Source: Balanoglossus misakiensis
Taxonomy: Eukaryota > Animalia > Hemichordata
Assembly (NCBI GenBank): GCA_040954595.2
Contig: CM082590.2
Coordinates: 2,170,001 to 2,234,000 of the forward strand
Length of the DNA: 64,000 nt
Direction: 5' to 3'
A program made the translations under genes and the position numbers. Each line of letters starts with the position of its first letter. Positions within the stretch are counted from its first letter, which is position 1. The notes below the pieces were generated by a model, which was not told the DNA's origin, did not search any database, and saw nothing but the letters and a program-made list of their open reading frames with translations. Shown here in pieces: positions 37,450 through 51,900 of the stretch.

Positions 37450-40400
37450 AGGGGTACCAATTCTCTGCCCTTGCATGGTCCAGGGGTACTTATTCTCTGC
37501 CCTAGCAAGGTCCAGGGGTACCAATTCTCTGCCCTAGCAAGGTCCAGAGGCACTTATTCACTGGCCTAGCAAGGTCCATGGGTACTTATTCTCTGCCCTA
37601 GCAAGGTCCAGGGGTACCAATTCTCTGCCCTAGCAAGGGCCAGGGGTACCAATTCACAGCCCTAGCAAGGGCCAGGGGTACTTATTCTCTGCCCTAGCAA
37701 GGTCCAGGGGTACCAATTCTCTGCCCTAGCAAGGGCCAGGTGTACTTATTCTCTGCCCTAGCAAGGTCCAGGGGTACCAATTCTCAGCCCTAGCAAGGGC
37801 AGGGGTACCAATTCTCTGCCCTAGGAAGGGCCAGGGGTACTTATTCTCTGCCCTAGCAAGGGCCGGGGGTACTTATTCTCTGCCCTAGCAAGGTCCAGGG
37901 GTACCAATTCTCAGCCCTAGCATGGTCCAGGGGTACCAATTCTCTGCCCTAGCAAGGTCCAGAGGCACTTATTCTCTGCCCTAGCAAGGTCCAGTGGTAC
38001 CAATTCTCTGCCCTTGCATGGTCCAGGGGTACCAATTCTCTGCCCTTGCATGGTCCAGGGATACTTATTCTCTGCCCTTGCATGGTCCAGGGGTACTTAT
38101 TCACTGGCCTAGCAAGGTCCTGGGGAACTTATTCTCTGCCCTTGCATGGTCCAGGGGTACCAATTCCCTGCCCTTGCATGGTCCAGGGGTACTTATTCAC
38201 TGGCCTAGCAAGGTCCATGGGTTCTTATTCCCTGCCCTAGCAAGGTCCAGGGGTACCAATTCTCTGCCCTAGCAAGGGCCAGGGGTACTTATTCTCTGCC
38301 CTAGCAAGGGCCAGGGGTACCAATTCTCTGCCCTAGCAAGGGCCAGGGGTACTTATTCTCTGCCCTAGCAAGGGCCAGGGGTACCAATTCTCTGCCCTAG
38401 CAAGGGCCAGGGGTACTTATTCTCTGCCCTATCAAGGTCCATGGGTTCTTATTCTCTGCCCTAGCAAAGGCCAGGGGTACTTATTCTCTGCCCTAGCAAG
38501 GGCCAGGGGTACCAATTCTCTGCCCTAGCAAGGGCCAGGGGTACTTATTCTCTCCCCTATCAAGGTCCATGGGTTCTTATTCTCTGCCCTAGCAAGGTCC
38601 AGGGGTACCAATTCTCTGCCCTAGCAAGGTCCAGGGGTACTTATTCTCTGCCCTAGCAAGGGCCAGGGGTACTTATTCTCTGCCCTAGCAAGGGCCAGGG
38701 GTACCAATTCTCTGCCCTAGCAAGGGCCAGGGGTACTTATTCTCTGCCCTATCAAGGTCCATGGGTTCTTATTCTCTGCCCTAGCAAGGTCCAGGGGTAC
38801 CAATTCTCTGCCCTAGCAAGGTCCAGGGGTACCAATTCTCTGCCCTAGCAAGGGCCAGGGGTACCAATTCACAGCCCTAGCAAGGGCCAGGGGTACCAAT
38901 TCTCTGCCCTAGCAAGGGCCAGGGGTACTTATTCTCTGCCCTAGCAAGGGCCAGGGGTACCAATTCTCTGCCCTAGCAAGGGCCAGGGGTACTTATTCTC
39001 TGCCCTATCAAGGTCCATGGGTTCTTATTCTCTGCCCTAGCAAGGTCCAGGGGTACCAATTCTCTGCCCTATCAAGGTCCATGGGTTCTTATTCTCTGCC
39101 CTAGCAAGGTCCAGGGGTACCAATTCTCTGCCCTAGCAAGGGCCAGGGGTACTTATTCTCTGCCCTATCAAGGTCTAGGGGTACTTATTCTCAGCCCTAG
39201 CAAGGTCCAGGGGTACCAATTCTCTGCCCTAGCAAGGGCCAGGGGTACTTATTCTCTGCCCTAGCAAAGGCCAGGGGTACTTATTCTCTGCCCTAGCAAG
39301 GGCCAGGGGTACCAATTCTCTGCCCTAGCAAGGGCCAGGGGTACTTATTCTCTCCCCTATCAAGGTCCATGGGTTCTTATTCTCTGCCCTAGCAAGGTCC
39401 AGGGGTACCAATTCTCTGCCCTAGCAAGGTCCAGGGGTACTTATTCTCTGCCCTAGCAAGGGCCAGGGGTACTTATTCTCTGCCCTAGCAAGGGCCAGGG
39501 GTACCAATTCTCTGCCCTAGCAAGGGCCAGGGGTACTTATTCTCTGCCCTATCAAGGTCCATGGGTTCTTATTCTCTGCCCTAGCAAGGTCCAGGGGTAC
39601 CAATTCTCTGCCCTAGCAAGGTCCAGGGGTACCAATTCTCTGCCCTAGCAAGGGCCAGGGGTACCAATTCACAGCCCTAGCAAGGGCCAGGGGTACTTAT
39701 TCTCTGCCCTAGCAAGGTCCAGGGGTACCAATTCTCTGCCCTAGCAAGGGCCAGGTGTACTTATTCTCTGCCCTAGCAAGGTCCAGGGGTACCAATTCTC
39801 AGCCCTAGCAAGGGCAGGGGTACCAATTCTCTGCCCTAGCAAGGGCCAGGGGTACTTATTCTCTGCCCTAGCAAGGGCCGGGGGTACTTATTCTCTGCCC
39901 TAGCAAGGTCCAGGGGTACCAATTCTCAGCCCTAGCATGGTCCAGGGGTACCAATTCTCTGCCCTAGCAAGGGCCAGGGGTACTTATTCTCTGCCCTATC
40001 AACGTCCAGAGGTACTTATTCTCAGCCCTAGCAAGGTCCAGGGGTACCAATTCTCTGCCCTAGCAAGGGCCAGGGGTACTTATTCTCTGCCCTAGCAAGG
40101 GCCAGGGGTACCAATTCTCTGCCCTAGCAAGGGCCAGGGGTACTTATCCTCTGCCCTAGAAAGGGCCAGGGGTACTTATTCTCTGCCCTAGCAAGGGCCA
40201 GGGGTACTTATTCTCTGTCCTATCAAGGTCTATGGGTTCTTATTCTGTGCCCTAGCAAGGTCCAGGGGTACTTATTCTCTGCCCTAGCAAGGTCCAGGGG
40301 TATCAATTCTCAGCCCTAGCACGGGCCAGGGGTACCAATTCTCTGCCCTAGCAAGGTCCAGGGGTACCAATTCTCTGCCCTTGCATGGTCCAGGGGTACT

Positions 40401-43400
40401 TATTCTCTGCCCTAGCAAGGTCCAGGGGTACCAATTCTCTGCCCTAGCAAGGTCCATGGGTTCTTATTCTCTGCCCTAGCAAGGTCCAGGGGTACCAATT
40501 CTCTGCCCTTGCATGGTCCAGGGGTACCAATTCTCTGCCCTAGCAAGGTCCAGGGGTACCAATTCTCTGCCCTAGCAAGGTCCAGGGGTACTTATTCTCT
40601 GCCCTAGCAAGGGCCAGGGGCACTTATTCTCTGCCCTAGCAACGGCCAGGGGTACCAATTCTCTGCCCTAGCAAGGGCCAGGGGTACTTATTCTCTGCCC
40701 TAGCAAGGGCCAGGGGTACCAATTCTCTGCCCTAGCAAGGTCCAGAGGCACTTATCCACTGGCCTACAAGGTCCATGGGTACTTATTCTCTGCCCTAGCA
40801 AGGTCCAGGGGTACCAATTCTCTGCCCTAGCAAGGGCCAGGGGTACTTATTCTCTGCCCTATCAAGGTCTAGGGGTACTTATTCTCAGCCCTAGCAAGGT
40901 CCAGGGGTACCAATTCTCTGCCCTAGCAAGGGCCAGGGGTACTTATTCTCTGCCCTAGCAAAGGCCAGGGGTACTTATTCTCTGCCCTAGCAAGGGCCAG
41001 GGGTACCAATTCTCTGCCCTAGCAAGGGCCAGGGGTACTTATTCTCTCCCCTATCAAGGTCCATGGGTTCTTATTCTCTGCCCTAGCAAGGTCCAGGGGT
41101 ACCAATTCTCTGCCCTAGCAAGGTCCAGGGGTACTAATTCTCTGCCCTAGCAAGGGCCAGGGGTACTTATTCTCTGCCCTAGCAAGGGCCAGGGGTACCA
41201 ATTCTCTGCCCTAGCAAGGGCCAGGGGTACTTATTCTCTGCCCTATCAAGGTCCATGGGTTCTTATTCTCTGCCCTAGCAAGGTCCAGGGGTACCAATTC
41301 TCTGCCCTAGCAAGGTCCAGGGGTACCAATTCTCTGCCCTAGCAAGGGCCAGGGGTACCAATTCACAGCCCTAGCAAGGGCCAGGGGTACTTATTCTCTG
41401 CCCTAGCAAGGTCCAGGGGTACCAATTCTCTGCCCTAGCAAGGGCCAGGTGTACTTATTCTCTGCCCTAGCAAGGTCCAGGGGTACCAATTCTCAGCCCT
41501 AGCAAGGGCAGGGGTACCAATTCTCTGCCCTAGCAAGGGCCAGGGGTACTTATTCTCTGCCCTAGCAAGGGCCGGGGGTACTTATTCTCTGCCCTAGCAT
41601 GGTCCAGGGGTACCAATTCTGTGCCCTAGCAAGGGCCAGGGGTACTTATTCTCTGCCCTATCAACGTCCAGGGGTACTTATTCTCAGCCCTAGCAAGGTC
41701 CAGGGGTAACAATTCTCTGCCCTAGCAAGGGCCAGGGGTACTTATTCTCTGCCCTAGCAAGGGCCAGGGGTACCAATTCTCTGCCCTAGCAAGGGCCAGG
41801 GGTACTTATCCTCTGCCCTAGAAAGGGCCAGGGGTACTTATTCTCTGCCCTAGCAAGGGCCAGGGGTACTTATTCTCTGTCCTATCAAGGTCTATGGGTT
41901 CTTATTCTGTGCCCTAGCAAGGTCCAGGGGTACTTATTCTCTGCCCTAGCAAGGTCCAGGGGTATCAATTCTTAGCCCTAGCAAGGGCCAGGGGTACCAA
42001 TTCTCTGCCCTAGCAAGGTCCAGGGGTACCAATTCTCTGCCCTTGCATGGTCCAGGGGTACTTATTCTCTGCCCTAGCATGGTCCAGGGGTACCAATTCT
42101 CTGCCCTAGCAAGGTCCAGAGGCACTTATTCACTGGCCTAGCAAGGTCCATGGGTACTTATTCTCTGCCCTAGCAAGGTCCAGGGGTACCAATTCTCTGC
42201 CCTAGCAAGGGCCAGGGGTACCAATTCACAGCCCTAGCAAGGGCCAGGGGTACTTATTCTCTGCCCTAGCAAGGTCCAGGGGTACCAATTCTCTGCCCTA
42301 GCAAGGGCCAGGTGTACTTATTCTCTGCCCTAGTAAGGTCCAGGGGTACCAATTCTCAGCCCTAGCAAGGGCAGGGGTACCAATTCTCTGCCCTAGGAAG
42401 GGCCAGGGGTACTTATTCTCTGCCCTAGCAAGGGCCGGGGGTACTTATTCTCTGCCCTAGCAAGGTCCAGGGGTACCAATTCTCAGCCCTAGCATGGTCC
42501 AGGGGTACCAATTCTCTGCCCTAGCAAGGTCCAGAGGCACTTATTCTCTGCCCTAGCAAGGTCCAGTGGTACCAATTCTATGCCCTTGCATGGTCCAGGG
42601 GTACCAATTCTCTGCCCTTGCATGGTCCAGGGATACTTATTCTCTGCCCTTGCAAGGTCCATGGGTTCTTATTCTCTGCCCTAGCAAGGTCCAGGGGTAC
42701 CAATTCTCTGCCCTAGCAAGGGCCAGGGGTACTTATTCTCTGCCCTATCAAGGTCTAGGGGTACTTATTCTCAGCCCTAGCAAGGTCCAGGGGTACCAAT
42801 TCTCTGCCCTAGCAAGGGCCAGGGGTACTTATTCTCTGCCCTAGCAAAGGCCAGGGGTACTTATTCTCTGCCCTAGCAAGGGCCAGGGGTACCAATTCTC
42901 TGCCCTAGCAAGGGCCAGGGGTACTTATTCTCTCCCCTATCAAGGTCCATGGGTTCTTATTCTCTGCCCTAGCAAGGTCCAGGGGTACCAATTCTCTGCC
43001 CTAGCAAGGTCCAGGGGTACTAATTCTCTGCCCTAGCAAGGGCCAGGGGTACTTATTCTCTGCCCTAGCAAGGGCCAGGGGTACCAATTCTCTGCCCTAG
43101 CAAGGGCCAGGGGTACTTATTCTCTGCCCTATCAAGGTCCATGGGTTCTTATTCTCTGCCCTAGCAAGGTCCAGGGGTACCAATTCTCTGCCCTAGCAAG
43201 GTCCAGGGGTACCAATTCTCTGCCCTAGCAAGGGCCAGGGGTACCAATTCACAGCCCTAGCAAGGGCCAGGGGTACTTATTCTCTGCCCTAGCAAGGTCC
43301 AGGGGTACCAATTCTCTGCCCTAGCAAGGGCCAGGTGTACTTATTCTCTGCCCTAGCAAGGTCCAGGGGTACCAATTCTCAGCCCTAGCAAGGGCAGGGG

Positions 43401-46400
43401 TACCAATTCTCTGCCCTAGCAAGGGCCAGGGGTACTTATTCTCTGCCCTAGCAAGGGCCGGGGGTACTTATTCTCTGCCCTAGCATGGTCCAGGGGTACC
43501 AATTCTGTGCCCTAGCAAGGGCCAGGGGTACTTATTCTCTGCCCTATCAACGTCCAGGGGTACTTATTCTCAGCCCTAGCAAGGTCCAGGGGTACCAATT
43601 CTCTGCCCTAGCAAGGGCCAGGGGTACTTATTCTCTGCCCTAGCAAGGGCCAGGGGTACCAATTCTCTGCCCTAGCAAGGGCCAGGGGTACTTATCCTCT
43701 GCCCTAGAAAGGGCCAGGGGTACTTATTCTCTGCCCTAGCAAGGGCCAGGGGTACTTATTCTCTGTCCTATCAAGGTCTATGGGTTCTTATTCTGTGCCC
43801 TAGCAAGGTCCAGGGGTACTTATTCTCTGCCCAAGCAAGGTCCAGGGGTATCAATTCTTAGCCCTAGCAAGGGCCAGGGGTACCAATTCTCTGCCCTAGC
43901 AAGGTCCAGGGGTACCAATTCTCTGCCCTTGCATGGTCCAGGGGTACTTATTCTCTGCCCTAGCATGGTCCAGGGGTACCAATTCTCTGCCCTAGCAAGG
44001 TCCAGAGGCACTTATTCACTGGCCTAGCAAGGTCCATGGGTACTTATTCTCTGCCCTAGCAAGGTCCAGGGGTACCAATTCTCTGCCCTAGCAAGGGCCA
44101 GGGGTACCAATTCACAGCCCTAGCAAGGGCCAGGGGTACTTATTCTCTGCCCTAGCAAGGTCCAGGGGTACCAATTCTCTGCCCTAGCAAGGGCCAGGTG
44201 TACTTATTCTCTGCCCTAGCAAGGTCCAGGGGTACCAATTCTCAGCCCTAGCAAGGGCAGGGGTACCAATTCTCTGCCCTAGGAAGGGCCAGGGGTACTT
44301 ATTCTCTGCCCTAGCAAGGGCCGGGGGTACTTATTCTCTGCCCTAGCAAGGTCCAGGGGTACCAATTCTCAGCCCTAGCATGGTCCAGGGGTACCAATTC
44401 TCTGCCCTAGCAAGGTCCAGAGGCACTTATTCTCTGCCCTAGCAAGGTCCAGTGGTACCAATTCTCTGCCCTTGCATGGTCCAGGGGTACCAATTCTCTG
44501 CCCTTGCATGGTCCAGGGATACTTATTCTCTGCCCTTGCATGGTCCAGGGGTACTTATTCACTGGCCTAGCAAGGTCCTGGGGAACTTATTCTCTGCCCT
44601 TGCATGGTCCAGGGGTACCAATTCCCTGCCCTTGCATGGTCCAGGGGTACTTATTCACTGGCCTAGCAAGGTCCATGGGTTCTTATTCCCTGCCCTAGCA
44701 AGGTCCAGGGGTACCAATTCTCTGCCCTAGCAAGGGCCAGGGGTACTTATTCTCTGCCCTAGCAAGGGCCAGGGGTACCAATTCTCTGCCCTAGCAAGGG
44801 CCAGGGGTACTTATTCTCTGCCCTAGCAAGGGCCAGGGGTACCAATTCTCTGCCCTAGCAAGGGCCAGGGGTACTTATTCTCTGCCCTATCAAGGTCCAT
44901 GGGTTCTTATTCTCTGCCCTAGCAAGGTCCAGGGGTACCAATTCTCTGCCCTATCAAGGTCCATGGGTTCTTATTCTCTGCCCTAGCAAGGTCCAGGGGT
45001 ACCAATTCTCTGCCCTAGCAAGGGCCAGGGGTACTTATTCTCTGCCCTATCAAGGTCTAGGGGTACTTATTCTCAGCCCTAGCAAGGTCCAGGGGTACCA
45101 ATTCTCTGCCCTAGCAAGGGCCAGGGGTACTTATTCTCTGCCCTAGCAAAGGCCAGGGGTACTTATTCTCTGCCCTAGCAAGGGCCAGGGGTACCAATTC
45201 TCTGCCCTAGCAAGGGCCAGGGGTACTTATTCTCTCCCCTATCAAGGTCCATGGGTTCTTATTCTCTGCCCTAGCAAGGTCCAGGGGTACCAATTCTCTG
45301 CCCTAGCAAGGTCCAGGGGTACTTATTCTCTGCCCTAGCAAGGGCCAGGGGTACTTATTCTCTGCCCTAGCAAGGGCCAGGGGTACCAATTCTCTGCCCT
45401 AGCAAGGGCCAGGGGTACTTATTCTCTGCCCTATCAAGGTCCATGGGTTCTTATTCTCTGCCCTAGCAAGGTCCAGGGGTACCAATTCTCTGCCCTAGCA
45501 AGGTCCAGGGGTACCAATTCTCTGCCCTAGCAAGGGCCAGGGGTACCAATTCACAGCCCTAGCAAGGGCCAGGGGTACTTATTCTCTGCCCTAGCAAGGT
45601 CCAGGGGTACCAATTCTCTGCCCTAGCAAGGGCCAGGTGTACTTATTCTCTGCCCTAGCAAGGTCCAGGGGTACCAATTCTCAGCCCTAGCAAGGGCAGG
45701 GGTACCAATTCTCTGCCCTAGCAAGGGCCAGGGGTACTTATTCTCTGCCCTAGCAAGGGCCGGGGGTACTTATTCTCTGCCCTAGCAAGGTCCAGGGGTA
45801 CCAATTCTCAGCCCTAGCATGGTCCAGGGGTACCAATTCTCTGCCCTAGCAAGGGCCAGGGGTACTTATTCTCTGCCCTATCAACGTCCAGAGGTACTTA
45901 TTCTCAGCCCTAGCAAGGTCCAGGGGTACTTATTCTCTGCCCTATCAAGGGCAGGGGTACCAATTCTCTGCCCTAGCAAGGGCCAGGGGTACTTATTCTC
46001 TGCCCTAGCAAGGGCCGGGGGTACTTATTCTCTGCCCTAGCAAGGTCCAGGGGTACCAATTCTCAGCCCTAGCATGGTCCAGGGGTACCAATTCTCTGCC
46101 CTAGCAAGGGCCAGGGGTACTTATTCTCTGCCCTAGCAAGGGCCAGGGGTACCAATTCTCTGCCCTAGCAAGGGCCAGGGGTACTTATCCTCTGCCCTAG
46201 AAAGGGCCAGGGGTACTTATTCTCTGCCCTAGCAAGGGCCAGGGGTACTTATTCTCTGTCCTATCAAGGTCTATGGGTTCTTATTCTGTGCCCTAGCAAG
46301 GTCCAGGGGTACTTATTCTCTGCCCTAGCAAGGTCCAGGGGTATCAATTCTCAGCCCTAGCACGGGCCAGGGGTACCAATTCTCTGCCCTAGCAAGGTCC

Positions 46401-48500
46401 AGGGGTACCAATTCTCTGCCCTTGCATGGTCCAGGGGTACTTATTCTCTGCCCTAGCAAGGTCCAGGGGTACCAATTCTCTGCCCTAGCAAGGTCCATGG
46501 GTTCTTATTCTCTGCCCTAGCAAGGTCCAGGGGTACCAATTCTCTGCCCTTGCATGATCCAGGGGTACCAATTCTCTGCCCTAGCAAGGTCCAGGGGTAC
46601 TTATTCTCTGCCCTAGCAAGGGCCAGGGGCACTTATTCTCTGCCCTAGCAACGGCCAGGGGTACCAATTCTCTGCCCTAGCAAGGGCTAGGGGTACTTAT
46701 TCTCTGCCCTAGCAAGGGCCAGGGGTACCAATTCTCTGCCCTAGCAAGGTCCAGAGGCACTTATCCACTGGCCTACAAGGTCCATGGGTACTTATTCTCT
46801 GCCCTAGCAAGGTCCAGGGGTACCAATTCTCTGCCCTAGCAAGGGCCAGGGGTACTTATTCTCTGCCCTATCAAGGTCTAGGGGTACTTATTCTCAGCCC
46901 TAGCAAGGTCCAGGGGTACCAATTCTCTGCCCTAGCAAGGGCCAGGGGTACTTATTCTCTGCCCTAGCAAAGGCCAGGGGTACTTATTCTCTGCCCTAGC
47001 AAGGGCCAGGGGTACCAATTCTCTGCCCTAGCAAGGGCCAGGGGTACTTATTCTCTCCCCTATCAAGGTCCATGGGTTCTTATTCTCTGCCCTAGCAAGG
47101 TCCAGGGGTACCAATTCTCTGCCCTAGCAAGGTCCAGGGGTACTAATTCTCTGCCCTAGCAAGGGCCAGGGGTACTTATTCTCTGCCCTAGCAAGGGCCA
47201 GGGGTACCAATTCTCTGCCCTAGCAAGGGCCAGGGGTACTTATTCTCTGCCCTATCAAGGTCCATGGGTTCTTATTCTCTGCCCTAGCAAGGTCCAGGGG
47301 TACCAATTCTCTGCCCTAGCAAGGTCCAGGGGTACCAATTCTCTGCCCTAGCAAGGGCCAGGGGTACCAATTCACAGCCCTAGCAAGGGCCAGGGGTACT
47401 TATTCTCTGCCCTAGCAAGGTCCAGGGGTACCAATTCTCTGCCCTAGCAAGGGCCAGGTGTACTTATTCTCTGCCCTAGCAAGGTCCAGGGGTACCAATT
47501 CTCAGCCCTAGCAAGGGCAGGGGTACCAATTCTCTGCCCTAGCAAGGGCCAGGGGTACTTATTCTCTGCCCTAGCAAGGGCCGGGGGTACTTATTCTCTG
47601 CCCTAGCATGGTCCAGGGGTACCAATTCTGTGCCCTAGCAAGGGCCAGGGGTACTTATTCTCTGCCCTATCAACGTCCAGGGGTACTTATTCTCAGCCCT
47701 AGCAAGGTCCAGGGGTACCAATTCTCTGCCCTAGCAAGGGCCAGGGGTACTTATTCTCTGCCCTAGCAAGGGCCAGGGGTACCAATTCTCTGCCCTAGCA
47801 AGGGCCAGGGGTACTTATCCTCTGCCCTAGAAAGGGCCAGGGGTACTTATTCTCTGCCCTAGCAAGGGCCAGGGGTACTTATTCTCTGTCCTATCAAGGT
47901 CTATGGGTTCTTATTCTGTGCCCTAGCAAGGTCCAGGGGTACTTATTCTCTGCCCTAGCAAGGTCCAGGGGTATCAATTCTCAGCCCTAGCAAGGGCCAG
48001 GGGTACCAATTCTCTGCCCTAGCAAGGTCCAGGGGTACCAATTCTCTGCCCTTGCATGGTCCAGGGGTACTTATTCTCTGCCCTAGCAAGGTCCAGGGGT
48101 ACCAATTCTCTACCCTAGCAAGGTCCATGGGTTCTTATTCTCTGCCCTAGCAAGGTCCAGGGGTACCAATTCTCTGCCCTTGCATGGTCCAGGGGTACCG
48201 ATTCTCTGCCCTAGCAAGGTCCAGGGGTACCAATTCTCTGCCCTAGCAAGGTCCAGGGGTACTTATTCTCTGCCCTAGCAAGGGCCAGGGGCACTTATTC
48301 TCTGCCCTAGCAACGGCCAGGGGTACCAATTCTCTGCCCTAGCAAGGGCCAGGGGTACTTATTCTCTGCCCTAGCAAGGGCCAGGGGTACCAATTCTCTG
48401 CCCTAGCAAGGTCCAGAGGCACTTATCCACTGGCCTACAAGGTCCATGGGTACTTATTCTCTGCCCTAGCAAGGTCCAGGGGTACCAATTCTCTGCCCTA
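37450..48500 (+). repeat. About 6.0-6.5-kb duplication built from 1.7-1.9-kb sub-units
   Basis: Identical ORF translations at 37994/44452 (+6458 = 202 x 32 - 6) and a partial copy at 42566 (1886 before 44452); cttatccactggcctac at 40761, 46770 (+6009), 48432 (+1662). Confidence 0.85.
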
Positions 48501-48969
48501 GCAAGGGCCAGGGGTACCAATTCACAGCCCTAGCAAGGTCCAGGGGTACCAATTCTCTGCCCTAGCAAGGGCCAGGGGTACCAATTCACAGCCCTAGCAA
48601 GGGCCAGGGGTACCAATTCACAGCCCTAGCAAGGGCCAGGGGTACTTATTCTCTGCCCTAGCAAGGTCCAGGGGTACCAATTCTCTGCCCTAGCAAGGGC
48701 CAGGGGTACTTATTCTCTGCCCTAGCAAGGGCCAGGGGTACCAATTCTCTGCCCTAGCAAGGGCCAGGGGTACTTATTCTCTGCCCTAGCAAAGGCCAGG
48801 GGTACTTATTCTCTGCCCTAGCAAGGGCCAGGGGTACCAATTCTCTGCCCTAGCAAGGGCCAGGGGTACTTATTCTCTCCCCTATCAAGGTCCATGGGTT
48901 CTTATTCTCTGCCCTAGCAAGGTCCAGGGGTACCAATTCTCTGCCCTCGCAAGGTCCAGGGGTACTTAT

Positions 48970-51900
48970 TCTCTGCCCTAGAAAGGGCCAGGGGTACTTA
49001 TTCTCTGCCCTAGCAAGGGCCAGGGGTACCAATTCTCTGCCATAGCAAGGGCCAGGGGTACTTATTCTCTGCCCTATCAAGGTCCATGGGTTCTTATTCT
49101 CTGCCCTAGCAAGGTCCAGGGGTACCAATTCTCTGCCCTAGCAAGGGCCAGGGGTACTTATTCTCTGCCCTATCAAGGTCCAGGGGTACTTATTCTCAGC
49201 CCTAGCAAGGTCCAGGGGTACCAATTCTCTGCCCTAGCAAGGGCCAGGGGTACCAATTCTCTGCCCTTGCATGGTCCAGGGGTACTTATTCTCTGCCCTA
49301 GCAAGGGCCAGGGGTACCAATTCTCTGCCCTAGCAAGGGCCAGGGGTACTTATTCACTGGCCTAGCAAGGTCCATGGGTTCTTATTCTCTGTCCTATCAA
49401 GGTCCATGGGTTCTTATTCTGTGCCCTAGCAAGGTCCAGGGGTACTTATTCTCTGCCCTAGCAAGGTCCAGGGGTACCAATTCTCAGCCCTAGCAAGGGC
49501 CAGGGATACCAATTCTCTGCCCTAGCAAGGTCCAGGGGTACCAATTCTCTGCCCTTGCATGGTCCAGGGGTACTTATTCTCTGCCCTAGCAAGGTCCAGG
49601 GGTACCAATTCTCTGCCCTAGCAAGGGCCAGGGGTACTTATTCACTGGCCTAGCAAGGTCCATGGGTTCTTATTCTCTGCCCTAGCAAGGTCCAGGGGTA
49701 CCAATTCTCTGCCCTAGCAAGGTCCAGGGGTACCAATTCTCTGCCCTTGCATGGTCCAGGGGTACTTATTCTCTGCCCTAGCAAGGGCCAGGGGTACTTA
49801 TTCTCTGCCCTAGCAAGGGCCAGGGGTACCAATTCTCTGCCCTAGCAAGGGCCAGGGGTACTTATTCTCTGCCCTAGCAAGGGCCAGGGGTACCAATTCT
49901 CTGCCCTAGCAAGGTCCAGAGGCACTTATTCACTGGCCTACAAGGTCCATGGGTACTTATTCTCTGCCCTAGCAAGGTCCAGGGGTACCAATTCTCTGCC
50001 CTAGCAAGGGCCAGGGGTACCAATTCACAGCCCTAGCAAGGGCCAGGGGTACTTATTCTCTGCCCTAGCAAGGTCCAGGGGTACCAATTCTCTGCCCTAG
50101 CAAGGTCCAGGGGTACTTATTCTCTGCCCTAGCAAGGGCCAGGGGTACCAATTCTCTGCCCTAGCAAGGGCCAGGGGTACTTATTCTCTGCCCTAGCAAG
50201 GGCCAGGGGTACTTATTCTCTGCCCTAGCAAGGTCCAGGGGTACCAATTCTCAGCCCTAGCATGGTCCAGGGGTACCAATTCTCTGCCCTATCAAGGTCC
50301 ATGGGTTCTTATTCTCTGCCCTAGCAAGGTCCAGAGGCACTTATTCTCTGCCAGCAAGGTCCAGAGGCACTTATTCTCTGCCCTTGCATGGTCCAGGGGT
50401 ACCAATTCTCTGCCCTTGCATGGTCCAGGGGTACTTATTCTCTGCCCTTGCATGGTCCAGGGGTACCAATTCTCTGCCCTTGCATGGTCCAGGGGTACTT
50501 ATTCTCTGCCCTAGCAAGGGCCAGGGGTACTTATTCTCTGCCCTAGCAAGGGCCAGGGGCACTTATTCTCTGCCCTTGCATGGTCCAGGGGTACCAATTC
50601 TCTGCCCTAGCATGGTCCAGGGGTACCAATTCTCTGCCCTATCAAGGTCCATGGGTTCTTATTCTCTGCCCTAGCAAGGTCCAGAGGCACTTATTCTCTG
50701 CCCTAGCAAGGTCCAGAGGCACTTATTCTCAGCCCTTGCATGGTCCAGGGGTACCAATTCTCTGCCCTTGCATGGTCCAGGGGTACTTATTCTCTGCCCT
50801 TGCATGGTCCAGGGGTACCAATTCTCTGCCCTTGCATGGTCCAGGGGTACTTATTCTCTGCCCTAGCAAGGGCCAGGGGTACTTATTCTCTGCCCTAGCA
50901 AGGGCCAGGGGCACTTATTCTCTGCCCTTGCATGGTCCAGGGGTACCAATTCTCTGCCCTAGCAAGGTCCAGGGGTACCAATTCTCTGCCCTCGCAAGGT
51001 CCAGGGGTACTTATTCTCTGCCCTAGGAAGGGCCAGGGGTACTTATTCTCTGCCCTAGCAAGGGCCAGGGGTACCAATTCTCTGCCATAGCAAGGGCCAG
51101 GGATACTTATTCTCTGCCCTATCAAGGTCCATGGGTTCTTATTCTCTGCCCTAGCAAGGTCCAGGGGTACCAATTCTCTGCCCTAGCAAGGGCCAGGGGT
51201 ACTTATTCTCTGCCCTATCAAGGTCCAGGGGTACTTATTCTCAGCCCTAGCAAGGTCCAGGGGTACCAATTCTCTGCCCTAGCAAGGGCCAGGGGTACCA
51301 ATTCTCTGCCCTTGCATGGTCCAGGGGTACTTATTCTCTGCCCTAGCAAGGGCCAGGGTTACCAATTCTCTGCCCTAGCAAGGGCCAGGGGTACTTATTC
51401 ACTGGCCTAGCAAGGTCCATGGGTTCTTATTCTCTGTCCTATCAAGGTCCATGGGTTCTTATTCTGTGCCCTAGCAAGGTCCAGGGGTACTTATTCTCTG
51501 CCCTAGCAAGGTCCAGGGGTACCAATTCTCAGCCCTAGCAAGGGCCAGGGATACCAATTCTCTGCCCTAGCAAGGTCCAGGGGTACCAATTCTCTGCCCT
51601 TGCATGGTCCAGGGGTAGTTATTCTCTGCCCTAGCAAGGTCCAGGGGTACCAATTCTCTGCCCTAGCAAGGGCCAGGGGTACTTATTCACTGGCCTAGCA
51701 AGGTCCATGGGTTCTTATTCTCTGCCCTAGCAAGGTCCAGGGGTACCAATTCTCTGCCCTAGCAAGGTCCAGGGGTACCAATTCTCTGCCCTTGCATGGT
51801 CCAGGGGTACTTATTCTCTGCCCTAGCAAGGGCCAGGGGTACTTATTCTCTGCCCTAGCAAGGGCCAGGGGTACCAATTCTCTGCCCTAGCAAGGGCCAG

